The notes below the pieces were generated by a model. It did no database searches, was not told the DNA's origin, and was given only the letters and a program-made list of their open reading frames with translations. The translations under genes and the position numbers were made by a program. Positions 20,259-29,427 of a stretch of 64,000 nucleotides of DNA are shown piece after piece. This DNA comes from Desulfurococcales archaeon (GTDB lineage Archaea; Thermoproteota; Thermoprotei_A; Sulfolobales; NBVN01). Positions within the stretch are counted from its first letter, which is position 1. The number at the start of each line of letters is the position of its first letter. The stretch spans positions 91,682 to 155,681 of the forward strand of contig JALWZB010000155.1 of NCBI GenBank assembly GCA_027002995.1. The letters run 5' to 3'.

Positions 20259-21713
20259 CTAGGTGCTGGTCTTTCTCTCATTTTTAAGGTAATTTTCTCC
20301 TCTAATTCTCCTTGCTTTCTTAGCGATACGCCACTTGACTAGGTAATTGTATGTCTTGAACTCTTTGACTGGTATGAAACCGTCTGCGTTCTTAGGTATT
20401 GGCATGCCGGCTAACGCAATTACGTAGGTTCCGACGTCCCATGGTTCAAACACGTCCTTCCATGATAACTTGCCCACGTCCTTACCCCATGCGATCATTA
20501 TGCCATCTCGATGGTGAGCCGAATTGCGCTGAGCTTTAGGTCTATCCTTACCTACGTTCACGCAGTAATCATTATTTGGTATGACTATGAAGTCTGGTGC
20601 GTCGTGAACGTGGGGCCCCCAATATATGTTACTGCCCCTTAGCACTTCCTTTATATCCGGTATCTTCCTTAGGGCTGTGAGTACCTCGCCCTCATATCCT
20701 GGGGCACAATAAATTATTCCTGCGTCAGGCATTATTGCCTTAGCCTTAGAATATGGGATGAGCCTGTCATGCATGAAGTCTTTCCGTACTGCTCCAACTA
20801 TTTTATGGGCTAGGGCAACTAATCTCCTACGTTTTTTGATGAACTTAATTACCTGGGATGGAACACGTACACCCATTATCTTGAGTTCCATGCACTCATC
20901 AAACGTTATGTCTATAAGTCCTTCCTTTTCCAGGAAGAAAGGAATATTGATCATGTACGGACAAACACTAAATCCGTGGTCAGAAACTATGACTACGTTA
21001 TCCGCAAGGTTGCAGGATTTCCTTATGAACTCATCAACCGCATTGAATACTTTGACCGCGGGTTCGAGCCTCTCACCAGCAACGAATTCTGGGTTATCGT
21101 GCATTACCCAGTCTGTTTCGCTGAATATTAAAAATGCTACGTCCCAGTCGCGATTAGTCAGAAGATTAAGCACACCTTCACTGAATAGTTGCACTCTTTT
21201 TGCTATACTTTTTATAGCGCTTGGTGAAGAACCTTTTAGCTTTAACCCCTCTAGACTTGATGCAAAGTAATGCACATATTTTCTCTCTAATTCCTTAGGA
21301 TATATCCTAATATCAGGTGCGGCCCAATCGTTAACAACTACGCATTCGCCTGGACGACAAACGGAACTCTCGGGAGGGTAGGAGGCAGGAAGGTTCACTG
21401 CTATGGCGTTAAGTCCTAATAAAGCAGCCATTTCGTGGATTCGCGGGTACTTTATGTCGTGCCCCATAACAAGCCTTGTTACAAATTTATCCTTAAGCTT
21501 TCGAACCTTATGGAAACTGAACACACCGTGTTTACCGGGGTTCACGCCACTCGCTATGGAGTTCCAAGCAAGCGGTGTCCAAGGAGGTATAGTTGACCTC
21601 ATAATTGCTTTTCGAGTACCTCCTTCAGAGACCTTAGATCGTAGGAAAGGCATTGCTGAATTCTCGAAAAGATAGTGAAGCACACGCCATGACACACCGT
21701 CCAGCCCTATCAC
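20259..21713 (-). CDS. alkaline phosphatase superfamily protein (type I phosphodiesterase/nucleotide pyrophosphatase-like)
   Basis: MIGLDGVSWRVL N-terminus and VSDHGF metal-site motif. Confidence 0.75.
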   Translation of the reverse strand: MIGLDGVSWRVLHYLFENSAMPFLRSKVSEGGTRKAIMRSTIPPWTPLAWNSIASGVNPGKHGVFSFHKVRKLKDKFVTRLVMGHDIKYPRIHEMAALLGLNAIAVNLPASYPPESSVCRPGECVVVNDWAAPDIRIYPKELERKYVHYFASSLEGLKLKGSSPSAIKSIAKRVQLFSEGVLNLLTNRDWDVAFLIFSETDWVMHDNPEFVAGERLEPAVKVFNAVDEFIRKSCNLADNVVIVSDHGFSVCPYMINIPFFLEKEGLIDITFDECMELKIMGVRVPSQVIKFIKKRRRLVALAHKIVGAVRKDFMHDRLIPYSKAKAIMPDAGIIYCAPGYEGEVLTALRKIPDIKEVLRGSNIYWGPHVHDAPDFIVIPNNDYCVNVGKDRPKAQRNSAHHRDGIMIAWGKDVGKLSWKDVFEPWDVGTYVIALAGMPIPKNADGFIPVKEFKTYNYLVKWRIAKKARRIRGENYLKNERKTST

Positions 21714-21894
21714 GAGGGTTCTTCCCGGAATTATGGGGCACCTCCTCTAAGCTTCTAAGATGCCTACGATTATAAAGTGCTAACCAGAGGAGTAGCCTCA
21801 ACCTATGGAGAATTTTAAGTGAAGGTACTCTTAGAACTCAGGTTGTTGAGATTCGTTTTACCCAGGGCGTAAAAATTGGAATGACCCCAGCGAT

Positions 21895-22722
21895 TTACCT
21901 TGAAACTAGTCCCGCTATTCCCTTTCTCAGGTACTTCTGGATTGACAGGAATATTATTATGACTGGTAGCGAGAAGAGAAGTGAGAACGCTGAGAGTCTC
22001 CCGTAGTCTACTCTACCGTATTCGCCGAAGAAGTAGCTCAGTCCTACGGATGCTGGCATGAGGGCTGGGTTCTTCAGTATCATTAGGGGTATGACAAACT
22101 GGCTCCAGGCGGTTACGAATGATAGAAGCCATATTGTCGTTATTCCTGGAATGGCTAGATGAAGTGTTACTCGCATGAAGGCGCCTAACCTGCTGCACCC
22201 ATCAACCATCGCTGCCTCCTCATACTCCACCGGTAGGGATCTGAAGAAACTCTCCGCTATAAGTAAGGCGAACGGCGTGATTAGGGCTGCTATGACTAGT
22301 ATCGCGCCTAGGTACGTGTTGATGAGGCCCCACCAATTATACAGCATCATTATGGGCAGAGCTATTACTATTGGAGGAACCAGCCTCAATATGACGAACG
22401 TAGTTAGCATTGCTCCTTGCCCTTTGAAGGTGTATCTTGCGAACACGTAGGCCGAAATTACGGATACTAGCGTAGCTATGGTGGCTGCTGATAGTGATAT
22501 TATTAGTGAGTTGAGGATCCACTGCAACGGGATTACGTTCCCCACAGGGACTAGGAGCTTCTTGAAGTTGTCTAACGTGAAGTGACTGGGTATCTCGAAC
22601 ACGGGCGACGCATTAGGGTCAAACGCTGATAGGAAGAGCCATAGGAGAGGCCCTACGAAGAAGGCGAACACCACTGCAAGGAATAGGTACACTAGGACAT
22701 ATGCGAGGACGTTTCTCTCCAC
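21895..22722 (-). CDS. carbohydrate ABC transporter permease (MalG-like)
   Basis: Six TM segments. EAA loop EAAMVDGCSRLGAFMRVTLHLAIPG. Confidence 0.9.
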   Translation of the reverse strand: MERNVLAYVLVYLFLAVVFAFFVGPLLWLFLSAFDPNASPVFEIPSHFTLDNFKKLLVPVGNVIPLQWILNSLIISLSAATIATLVSVISAYVFARYTFKGQGAMLTTFVILRLVPPIVIALPIMMLYNWWGLINTYLGAILVIAALITPFALLIAESFFRSLPVEYEEAAMVDGCSRLGAFMRVTLHLAIPGITTIWLLSFVTAWSQFVIPLMILKNPALMPASVGLSYFFGEYGRVDYGRLSAFSLLFSLPVIIIFLSIQKYLRKGIAGLVSR

Positions 22723-22725
22723 CCA

Positions 22726-23694
22726 TCACCACCTCCTGAAGTACTTCATACTCCATAAGTAGGCGAGTATTAGAGCCAGCACTATGACAAACATCACGTT
22801 CGATGCAGCTGCCGCGAGCGCTATGTCGAAGTTGTTAATCGCTTTGAAATATATGTATAATGTCCATAACTGGCCGGCATTCCCTATACCGCCTCCCGGC
22901 CCAAGTATCATGTACGGAAGCGTGAATACTCCGAAGGTCCATATCGTTATTAATATGAAGTCAACTAGTATCGCTTGACTTATCAATGGAAACACCACGT
23001 ACTTGAACCTCTGCCAAGGAGTAGCGCCATCCACTTCGGCCGCCTCGTATATGTACTTAGGTATGCCCTCTAGGGCCGCCGTAAATAGTATCATTGAGAA
23101 GGCCGTCCCGCGCCATATGTTAGCCACCACAATGACCTCAAACGGATGTGTGAAGTAGAGGCTATACTCAGTCTTCACGCCGAAAAACGAGAGTATGGCG
23201 CTAACCAAGCCCTGCTTATCCGTGACGGCGCTCCACGCATATCCTGCCACAACTTCAGGTATGACCCACGCAATGAATACTACAGTAGCGACCAGTATCT
23301 TACCTTTAATGCCCTCCATCCGCATGACGAGGGCTAACGCAAGTCCCAGTATTGCTTGACCTATGAGGGCAGAAAGTACTGTAAATGCGAAGCTAACCTT
23401 AAGAGAGTTTAGGAAAAGGAAGTCCTGGAACAGTCTGAAATAGTTCTGGGTGCCTATGAATATGTAATGTTTGGCGCTGGGGCCAACTAAGCTAGCGTTA
23501 GTCATGCTTATGTAGACATCCCAGACTACGGGGAATATCACGAATATCCCTATTAGTACTAGGGCCGGTACTAAGAATAGGAATGCGCCACGTCCCTCGA
23601 AAAAGGAAGCCAGTTTATCTATCATTCCACCGGAAGAAAGGTCTTCGTGGGCTTGAAAAATACCTTCGTTTTTACCTTGGGCCACGAAACCCAC
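22726..23694 (-). CDS. carbohydrate ABC transporter permease (MalF-like)
   Basis: EAA loop EAAEVDGATPWQRFKYVVFPL. Confidence 0.9.
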   Translation of the reverse strand: MGFVAQGKNEGIFQAHEDLSSGGMIDKLASFFEGRGAFLFLVPALVLIGIFVIFPVVWDVYISMTNASLVGPSAKHYIFIGTQNYFRLFQDFLFLNSLKVSFAFTVLSALIGQAILGLALALVMRMEGIKGKILVATVVFIAWVIPEVVAGYAWSAVTDKQGLVSAILSFFGVKTEYSLYFTHPFEVIVVANIWRGTAFSMILFTAALEGIPKYIYEAAEVDGATPWQRFKYVVFPLISQAILVDFILITIWTFGVFTLPYMILGPGGGIGNAGQLWTLYIYFKAINNFDIALAAAASNVMFVIVLALILAYLWSMKYFRRW

Positions 23695-23695
23695 C

Positions 23696-25306
23696 TCAAC
23701 CGGTGTAGATGGGTTCAGTATTTACAGGAAGCTCCTCAACATTATCCGCGCCAACAGCGCTCTTAAGCATCTGGTCGTACTTGTTTAAGGCTGTCATGGG
23801 GTCTGTTATTGTGCCGCTCAGTATCTCCTCGGTGATCTGCTGGATTATCTTTGATACCTTAGTGTATCCTGGGAGCGCGTCTCTAAAGTCGGTGAACTTC
23901 AGATACTCTGTTATGCTCTTTAGATAAGCGTTGTTGGCATACTCCGGCACCTGCACAGCATCAATTCTCGGGCAGATTTTACCCTTCTCCGCCGCGAACT
24001 TAGCTAGCACGTCTCTGCTTGCCACGACCTTAATGAACTCCCACGCTATCTCACGCTTGTCGGCAGAAGTCTTAGCGTTTATGGCTATTGCCCAGCCTCC
24101 AGAGATGGTTACATACTGAGGCTCACCCTCAGCGCCACCCTTGAATCCAGGCATCTTAGCGTAGCCCACGTACTTAGCCTCACAGTTGAAGTAGCAGGTG
24201 TCGTAAGCTGAGCCACTCTGTCCGCTGCACTGCGTCTTGCAGGCCTTTAGCGGGGCAACACCTTTCGGTCCCCATCCCTCTGCCCACTCCCATGAGCCGC
24301 CCACATCCATCGCTACCTTACCTTCTGAGAACACCTTCCTGTGGGTACCCCAGACGTCAGAGGCGAAGTTATACTGTATTGGCCCTACCTTTAACTTCTG
24401 ATATACGTCTATGTAGAAGGCGAACGCCCTATAGAGAGCAGTGCTCTTACCAATCCACTTATCGTTCTTGTAGTCGTATAGCCTGTTATATGGCGGTTTG
24501 TCCGCACCTAGCAACACCATGTAGAAGCCTTGCATTGTTGTACCCTCACCCCACTTCGTGCCTGCCGGTATATAGAATGGGTAGAACTCATTGATACCTA
24601 GCGCCTTCTCTATTTCAGATGCTTTATTCTTTAGCTGTACGGCAGCGTCGAATATGTCCTTCCAAGTCTTGGGCTGCCAATTCGTAGGTAGCCCGGCTAG
24701 CTTGAATATGTCTTTCCTGTACCAGATCATTCTAACGTCAGTGTCAACCATGACCCCGTAGACGTGGCCCTTGTACTCGACTATTTTCTGCATTGCTGGC
24801 GGGAACTCCTTCCAGTCGGGCCAGCTCTGCACGTACGTGTCTAGGGGTAGTAGGTAGCCTGCTGAAGCGAAAGCAGCGGTCATGAAGCTGTCGTACACCA
24901 CGACGTCTCCTGCGGTTCCAGCAGCGAAGTCTGAGGCTAGCCTAGATACAAAGTTCGTGCCGTAGGGTAACATTATTTTTTGAATCGTCACGTCATAACC
25001 CTTAGCCTTCATTTTCTGCTTGAATATCGGTATAGCCATATCGATGAGATCCTTCCAAGGCTCGCCGTATTCTATGGTCAAAGTTACTTTCTTTAACGCA
25101 GTAGTAGTAGCGGTAGTTGTTGCAGTGGTAGTAGCAGTTGTCGTAGCTGTTGTTGTCGCATATTTAGTTACTGTAGTTGTTGAAACCGTGGTGGTCGTCA
25201 CTGTCTTTCCGGGGGCTGCAAAGTACCCGCCGAGCGCACCAATTATTATTCCTATTATGAAGGCTATAGCTACGTAAGCACCTGTTTTCTGTGCCATGAA
25301 TGGCAC
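23696..25306 (-). CDS. ABC transporter extracellular solute-binding protein with N-terminal TM anchor and Thr-rich linker
   Basis: TM helix followed by TTTVSTTTVTKYATTTATTTATTTATTTATTTA. Adjacent to the permeases. Confidence 0.85.
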   Translation of the reverse strand: MPFMAQKTGAYVAIAFIIGIIIGALGGYFAAPGKTVTTTTVSTTTVTKYATTTATTTATTTATTTATTTALKKVTLTIEYGEPWKDLIDMAIPIFKQKMKAKGYDVTIQKIMLPYGTNFVSRLASDFAAGTAGDVVVYDSFMTAAFASAGYLLPLDTYVQSWPDWKEFPPAMQKIVEYKGHVYGVMVDTDVRMIWYRKDIFKLAGLPTNWQPKTWKDIFDAAVQLKNKASEIEKALGINEFYPFYIPAGTKWGEGTTMQGFYMVLLGADKPPYNRLYDYKNDKWIGKSTALYRAFAFYIDVYQKLKVGPIQYNFASDVWGTHRKVFSEGKVAMDVGGSWEWAEGWGPKGVAPLKACKTQCSGQSGSAYDTCYFNCEAKYVGYAKMPGFKGGAEGEPQYVTISGGWAIAINAKTSADKREIAWEFIKVVASRDVLAKFAAEKGKICPRIDAVQVPEYANNAYLKSITEYLKFTDFRDALPGYTKVSKIIQQITEEILSGTITDPMTALNKYDQMLKSAVGADNVEELPVNTEPIYTG

Positions 25307-25442
25307 CTCGTAGTACTACTTTAAGGAGTAGTTTTTATCTTTTTAGTAAAAAATATGTTCAGGAAATTCCTTCATTTGCAGATTAATCTTTATTTTTCAG
25401 TGAAGAAATGTCTGTATAAGACGTATGTTTAATGAATTAAAC

Positions 25443-26537
25443 TTAAAATAGGGCTCTTTCTGTAGATGGGTCGAATACGTGTATACTATTTGTGCTTACC
25501 TTCAGGAATACCTTACTCCCTATGCTTAAGGTAGTCTCCTTTAACAAGCGTGCCTTGATTATGTTGTCACCAACCTTAATGTTTAGTATCGTTTCGGAAC
25601 CTAATGGCTCTATGACGTATACCTCACCCCTAATGTTAGAGTCCTCGGCCGTGCTTAACTCCAGATGCTCGGGTCTTACCCCTAGGATTAGGTCATTAAC
25701 GTCACTTGCTTTCTCCTCTATAATCTTCCCAAGCTCCGTAGGGAGAGGTATGCTCACACCTTCTGCTACTAAGGCGTAATTACCTCCTTCATTCTTTAAC
25801 GCAACACGCATGAAATTCATTGGGGGTGACCCTATGAAGCTAGCAACAAATAACGTGTTTGGCTTATTATACACTTCGTTAGGTGCGCCGACCTGAAGTA
25901 CCCTCCCAGCATTAAGTACGGCAACCCGATCTCCCATGGACATAGCTTCGACTTGATCATGGGTTACGTAAATAGCTGTTATTTTAAGTTCTTTTTGTAG
26001 TCGCTTTAACTCAGCTCTCATTTGAACGCGAAGTATGGCGTCTAAGTTACTTAGCGGCTCATCCAGTAACCATACCTTAGGCTTCCGTACTAAGGCCCTA
26101 GCTAATGCAACTCTTTGTTGCTGACCGCCAGAAAGCTGGCGTGGATATCTATCCAGCAGGGTCTCTATTTGTAGCATTTTAGCAACTTCCTTTACTCTAC
26201 GGTCTATTTCATCTTTCGCTACTTTCCTAAGTTTTAGTGGGAATGCTATATTATCATATACCTTCATATGTGGATATAGCGCCCATGTTTGGAATACCAT
26301 CGCTATATCTCGCTTACGGGGCGGTAGATCTGTTACATCCTCGTTATCTATATAAACTCTCCCTTTAGTTGGTTTCTCTAACCCAGCAATTATTCTGAGG
26401 GTCGTCGTTTTACCACATCCTGAGGGACCCAAAAGTATAAAGAACTCACCGTCGTGAACCTTCAAGTTAACATTATTTATCGCTACTGTCTTGGGAGGGA
26501 AGATCTTAGTCACGTTCTTGAGCTCAACAGAGCCCAT
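25443..26537 (-). CDS. ABC transporter ATP-binding protein (MalK-like)
   Basis: GPSGCGKTT, LSGGQQQRVALARAL, LLDEPLSNLD. Start placed at internal MGSVELKNVTKIF; the ORF is open to 26603. Confidence 0.9.
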   Translation of the reverse strand: MGSVELKNVTKIFPPKTVAINNVNLKVHDGEFFILLGPSGCGKTTTLRIIAGLEKPTKGRVYIDNEDVTDLPPRKRDIAMVFQTWALYPHMKVYDNIAFPLKLRKVAKDEIDRRVKEVAKMLQIETLLDRYPRQLSGGQQQRVALARALVRKPKVWLLDEPLSNLDAILRVQMRAELKRLQKELKITAIYVTHDQVEAMSMGDRVAVLNAGRVLQVGAPNEVYNKPNTLFVASFIGSPPMNFMRVALKNEGGNYALVAEGVSIPLPTELGKIIEEKASDVNDLILGVRPEHLELSTAEDSNIRGEVYVIEPLGSETILNIKVGDNIIKARLLKETTLSIGSKVFLKVSTNSIHVFDPSTERALF

Positions 26538-26762
26538 AGTTCGTACCCCCTCACTACTCGAGTGAATACTAAAAATACTTACTTCCGATCGTAGTATTAT
26601 CATTAAATCATTGTTTACAATATACTATTACGTTATGGAGTTCATTGAATATCTTTCCTCAATGACCCATGCTTCCTGTATGAGTATCTCCTCATTTATC
26701 TTAAACTTAAAAATTGAACACCTGTTTCCTATGCAAAAGTTTATAAACTTCCTAAGGAAACC

Positions 26763-26770
26763 TTATAAAG
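26763..26770 (+). promoter_or_regulatory. TATA-like box upstream of tfb
   Basis: TTATAAAG lies about 45 nt upstream of the GTG start. A second box, TTTATAAA, is at 26740-26747. GGGGTG SD-like element at 26801-26806. Confidence 0.35.
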
Positions 26771-26812
26771 ATTTCGCGCAAACGTGACACACAAATTACG
26801 GGGTGTTCACCT

Positions 26813-27742
26813 GTGTCAGAAGAGGAGAAATCACGTGAGGAGGGCGGTATTAAGTGCCCTCCCGACAAGATAATTTATGATGAGTTCCGCGGGGAGTACA
26901 TATGCACAGAAACCGGGGAAGTTGTTGAGGATAAGGTCATAGATCAAGGTCCTGAGTGGAGAGCCTTTACTCCGGAAGAGCGTGAAAAACGCTCACGCAC
27001 TGGTTCCCCCCTATCCCCTACAATCCATGACGGCGGTCTCTCAACAATGATTGACTGGAGAGACCGTGATGCCTCAGGCAAGAAACTTGAGATGAAGCGT
27101 CGCCTTGAAGTAATGCGTTGGCGTAAATGGCAGATAAGAACAAGGATACAGAATAGCATAGATAGAAACATCACGCAAGCCGCAGGCGAGCTGGAACGTA
27201 TAGCCGATCAGCTGGGTTTGCCGCGAGCTGTGAAGGAACGGGCAGCCACGATTTACAGACAGGCCGTAGAGAAGGGAGTCGTTAGGGGACGAGCTGTTGA
27301 GTCAGTCGTTGCTGCAGCACTTTACGCGGCATGCAGGATCTTCAGGATACCACGTACCCTAGATGAAATAGCGCAATACACAAAGACAAGCAAGAAAGAG
27401 GTGGCAAGGTGCTACAGGTTACTTGTTAGGGAGCTTAATGTGAGAATACCCATTGCTGACCCCATCGATTTCGTACCGAGGATAGCGGCCGCGCTTGGCT
27501 TATCTGGTAAGGTGATAAAGAAAGCTATGGAGATTCTTGAGGAAGCTAAGAAAAGAGGCTTAACCGCTGGCAAGGACCCTGCGGGGTTAGCGGCTGCAGC
27601 TGTCTATACCGCTGCTCAGCTGTATGATGAGAGAAGAACACAGAAGGACGTAGCAAGGGTTGCCGGAGTAACGGAAGTAACCGTAAGAAACAGGTATAAA
27701 GAACTAATACAGTACCTCAGGATAAGGGTACCTGAGCAGTAG
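26813..27742 (+). CDS. tfb: transcription initiation factor IIB (TFB)
   Basis: N-terminal ribbon region, B-finger/linker (QGPEWRAF) and two cyclin repeats ([17 protein letters not shown] / [17 protein letters not shown]). Confidence 0.95.
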   Translation: MSEEEKSREEGGIKCPPDKIIYDEFRGEYICTETGEVVEDKVIDQGPEWRAFTPEEREKRSRTGSPLSPTIHDGGLSTMIDWRDRDASGKKLEMKRRLEVMRWRKWQIRTRIQNSIDRNITQAAGELERIADQLGLPRAVKERAATIYRQAVEKGVVRGRAVESVVAAALYAACRIFRIPRTLDEIAQYTKTSKKEVARCYRLLVRELNVRIPIADPIDFVPRIAAALGLSGKVIKKAMEILEEAKKRGLTAGKDPAGLAAAAVYTAAQLYDERRTQKDVARVAGVTEVTVRNRYKELIQYLRIRVPEQ

Positions 27743-27806
27743 GGAGTGTTGCTAAACATCCCTTTAGTGTTAATTAATTATATTTTAAGGAAAAAACAAT
27801 GACGCA

Positions 27807-28139
27807 TTATTCCGCTTCTATGAAGATTATGTTCTCTGGCGGAATCCCGAATTCCTTAATTAATATTTGCTTAACTCTGCTTCTGTGATCTCCCTGTAGC
27901 TCTATGTGGTTGTTCTTTACCGTGCCCCCTGTCGCTAGCTTTGCTTTGAGAGTTGAGGCTACCTTCTTTAAGTTGAAGACCGCTGGATCTAACCCCTCTA
28001 TTATGGTCACTTCACGCCCAAACTTCCTCTTCTCAATTTTTATCTTAATGAATTGCTGCTCGGCTCCTAGCTGCACGCAGAGCTCCTCAGGCAGTCCTCC
28101 GCATAGGCTTTCAATATCGACTATATCCTTCCCCGACAT
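27807..28139 (-). CDS. translation initiation factor aIF1 (SUI1)
   Basis: [21 protein letters not shown]...[23 protein letters not shown]. Confidence 0.9.
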   Translation of the reverse strand: MSGKDIVDIESLCGGLPEELCVQLGAEQQFIKIKIEKRKFGREVTIIEGLDPAVFNLKKVASTLKAKLATGGTVKNNHIELQGDHRSRVKQILIKEFGIPPENIIFIEAE

Positions 28140-28418
28140 GACTCACCCTGCTACACTTTCAGAACCGTGAAGACCCCTAAAAAGGTTTGCTTACGGAAAA
28201 CGAAGATACTTCTTTAATGAAGTGCATTAATCTCATCAATATTTTGAAATATGTTCATTCAAAGCTATTAAGTCAGAGAGCCTCATTACATTTAACAATT
28301 AACGTGACAAAACAAAGGGAGCTTATTAGTAATGTGGGATTGTTAAGGCTTCACACTGCAAGGAGTGAGTATAATAGAAGGTTATAAGAGATATTAAGGG
28401 AAACACAAAGTATGCTCG

Positions 28419-28616
28419 GTGCAAGCGATGGTCAGTGAGGATGAAATATTTTACAAATGCTGGAAGTGTGGACGTGTGTTCAGCATGAGGGAAATAGAGG
28501 CGTTTGAGGCGCGTGAGGCTACCGAAGGGTATGCTTTTATACGGTGCCCTGCTTGTGGTTCGAAAATAATAACTAAGATCAGGAAGGAAAGATATAAGAG
28601 GGTTAAAGCCCTATGA
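28419..28616 (+). CDS. rpoP: DNA-directed RNA polymerase subunit P (Rpo12)
   Basis: YKCWKCG...RCPACGSKIITKIRK...VKAL matches the RpoP zinc ribbon and C-terminus. Spacer between knuckles is about 7 aa longer than usual. Confidence 0.7.
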   Translation: MQAMVSEDEIFYKCWKCGRVFSMREIEAFEAREATEGYAFIRCPACGSKIITKIRKERYKRVKAL

Positions 28617-28723
28617 GAGGTGTTTTCCTTAACTTTATAATATATTTAACCTTATAAACTTATAACTTAGTGCTAAGCGATAATAATATTTAGCTAAGTG
28701 TCGTTATATTAGCGAGGGATAAC

Positions 28724-28945
28724 ATGGTTATAAAAGTCAGAATAGATCAGGAGAAGTGCATAGCCTGCGGCTTATGTTACGGCATGTGTCCCGATGTTTT
28801 TGAAGCCGATGATAATGGTAAGAGCAGACTTGTGGAAAAGTACAGAGCATCTTCGAAGGTCGAAGGCGAGGTTCCTGATTCCTTAAGAAATTGCGTTGAG
28901 GATGCAAAGAACGGCTGTCCCGCTGGTGCTATTGAAATAGAGTAA
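28724..28945 (+). CDS. single-cluster 4Fe-4S ferredoxin
   Basis: CIACGLCYGMCPDVFEADDNGK...CP, a Pyrococcus-type ferredoxin pattern. Confidence 0.85.
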   Translation: MVIKVRIDQEKCIACGLCYGMCPDVFEADDNGKSRLVEKYRASSKVEGEVPDSLRNCVEDAKNGCPAGAIEIE

Positions 28946-28964
28946 TGCATCAAAGCGCAGTAAA

Positions 28965-28972
28965 GTATAAAA
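28965..28972 (+). promoter_or_regulatory. TATA-like box for the tRNA(CAT) 3' half
   Basis: GTATAAAA is centred about 26-27 nt upstream of 28996, the first nt of the leader helix. Confidence 0.45.
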
Positions 28973-28995
28973 TCTACTTACTCCCTTTTCCTTAT

Positions 28996-29059
28996 GGCGG
29001 AGGACCGTACGGGACTCATAACCGGGTGGTCCGGGGTTCAAATCCCCGCGGGCCCACCA
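28996..29059 (+). tRNA. 3' half of split tRNA(CAT): 20-nt leader (28996-29015) plus exon nt 33-76 (29016-29059), CCA encoded
   Basis: TCATAA-CCGGG-TGGTC-CGGGG-TTCAAAT-CCCCG-CGGGCCC-A-CCA. The leader GGCGGAGGACCGTA is the exact reverse complement of 29414-29427. Confidence 0.8.
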
Positions 29060-29349
29060 CTTCTCTACAATTAAGCCCTAAATTCTACGTATTACCTACT
29101 ACATTCCCAATAATGATTTTCCCTAACTAGGTGCTAAGTGTACGATAAGGATGTTTTGAATTTAACAACACATTCAAATGCTTTAAATTACTTAAGTATG
29201 TGACATAGTATGCTTAATAATCCACACTGCAGCAGGCCACCTATCTTAGATAAAGATCCAACGCTGTCTTTAACCGAACCCGGAGGGGCAGGTAAAGCCC
29301 ATGGATCCACACTAAAGGCTAACTTCTAAAGCACTCTGAGGGAAAACGC

Positions 29350-29357
29350 TTATATAA
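29350..29357 (+). promoter_or_regulatory. TATA-like box for the tRNA(CAT) 5' half
   Basis: TTATATAA is centred about 26-27 nt upstream of G1 at 29380. Confidence 0.45.
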
Positions 29358-29379
29358 CCCCTTTACCCTAGGTTCCTAT

Positions 29380-29427
29380 GGGCCCGTAGCTCAGCCAGGT
29401 AGAGCGCCCGGCATACGGTCCTCCGCC
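29380..29427 (+). tRNA. 5' half of split tRNA(CAT): exon nt 1-32 (29380-29412) plus 15-nt trailer
   Basis: GGGCCCG-TA-GCTC-AGCCAGGTA-GAGC-G-CCCGG-C, then A-TACGGTCCTCCGCC. The acceptor 5' strand pairs with CGGGCCC of the 3' half. A T-rich tract follows. Confidence 0.8.

Noticed and set aside
25090-25175. Apparent tandem repeat (gtagtagtagcggtagttgttgcagtggtagtagcagttgtcgtagctgttgttgtc)
   Set aside because: It is the Thr/Ala-codon run encoding the TTTATTTATTTA linker of the solute-binding protein. The repeat is imperfect at the DNA level. It is not a CRISPR array or a satellite.
28945-29130. 61-aa ORF (MHQSAVKYKIYLLPFPYGGGPYGTHNRVVRGSNPRGPTT...)
   Set aside because: It reads straight through the tRNA(CAT) 3' half. 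Its GC-rich tRNA-derived codons (RGSNPRGP) are the usual signature of a spurious ORF over a tRNA.
28996-29427. Reading the split tRNA(CAT) as the initiator tRNA
   Set aside because: It has G1-C72 rather than the archaeal initiator A1-U72, and its anticodon stem is CCCGG/CCGGG rather than three consecutive G29-31:C39-41 pairs. It is elongator Met or, more likely, Ile2.
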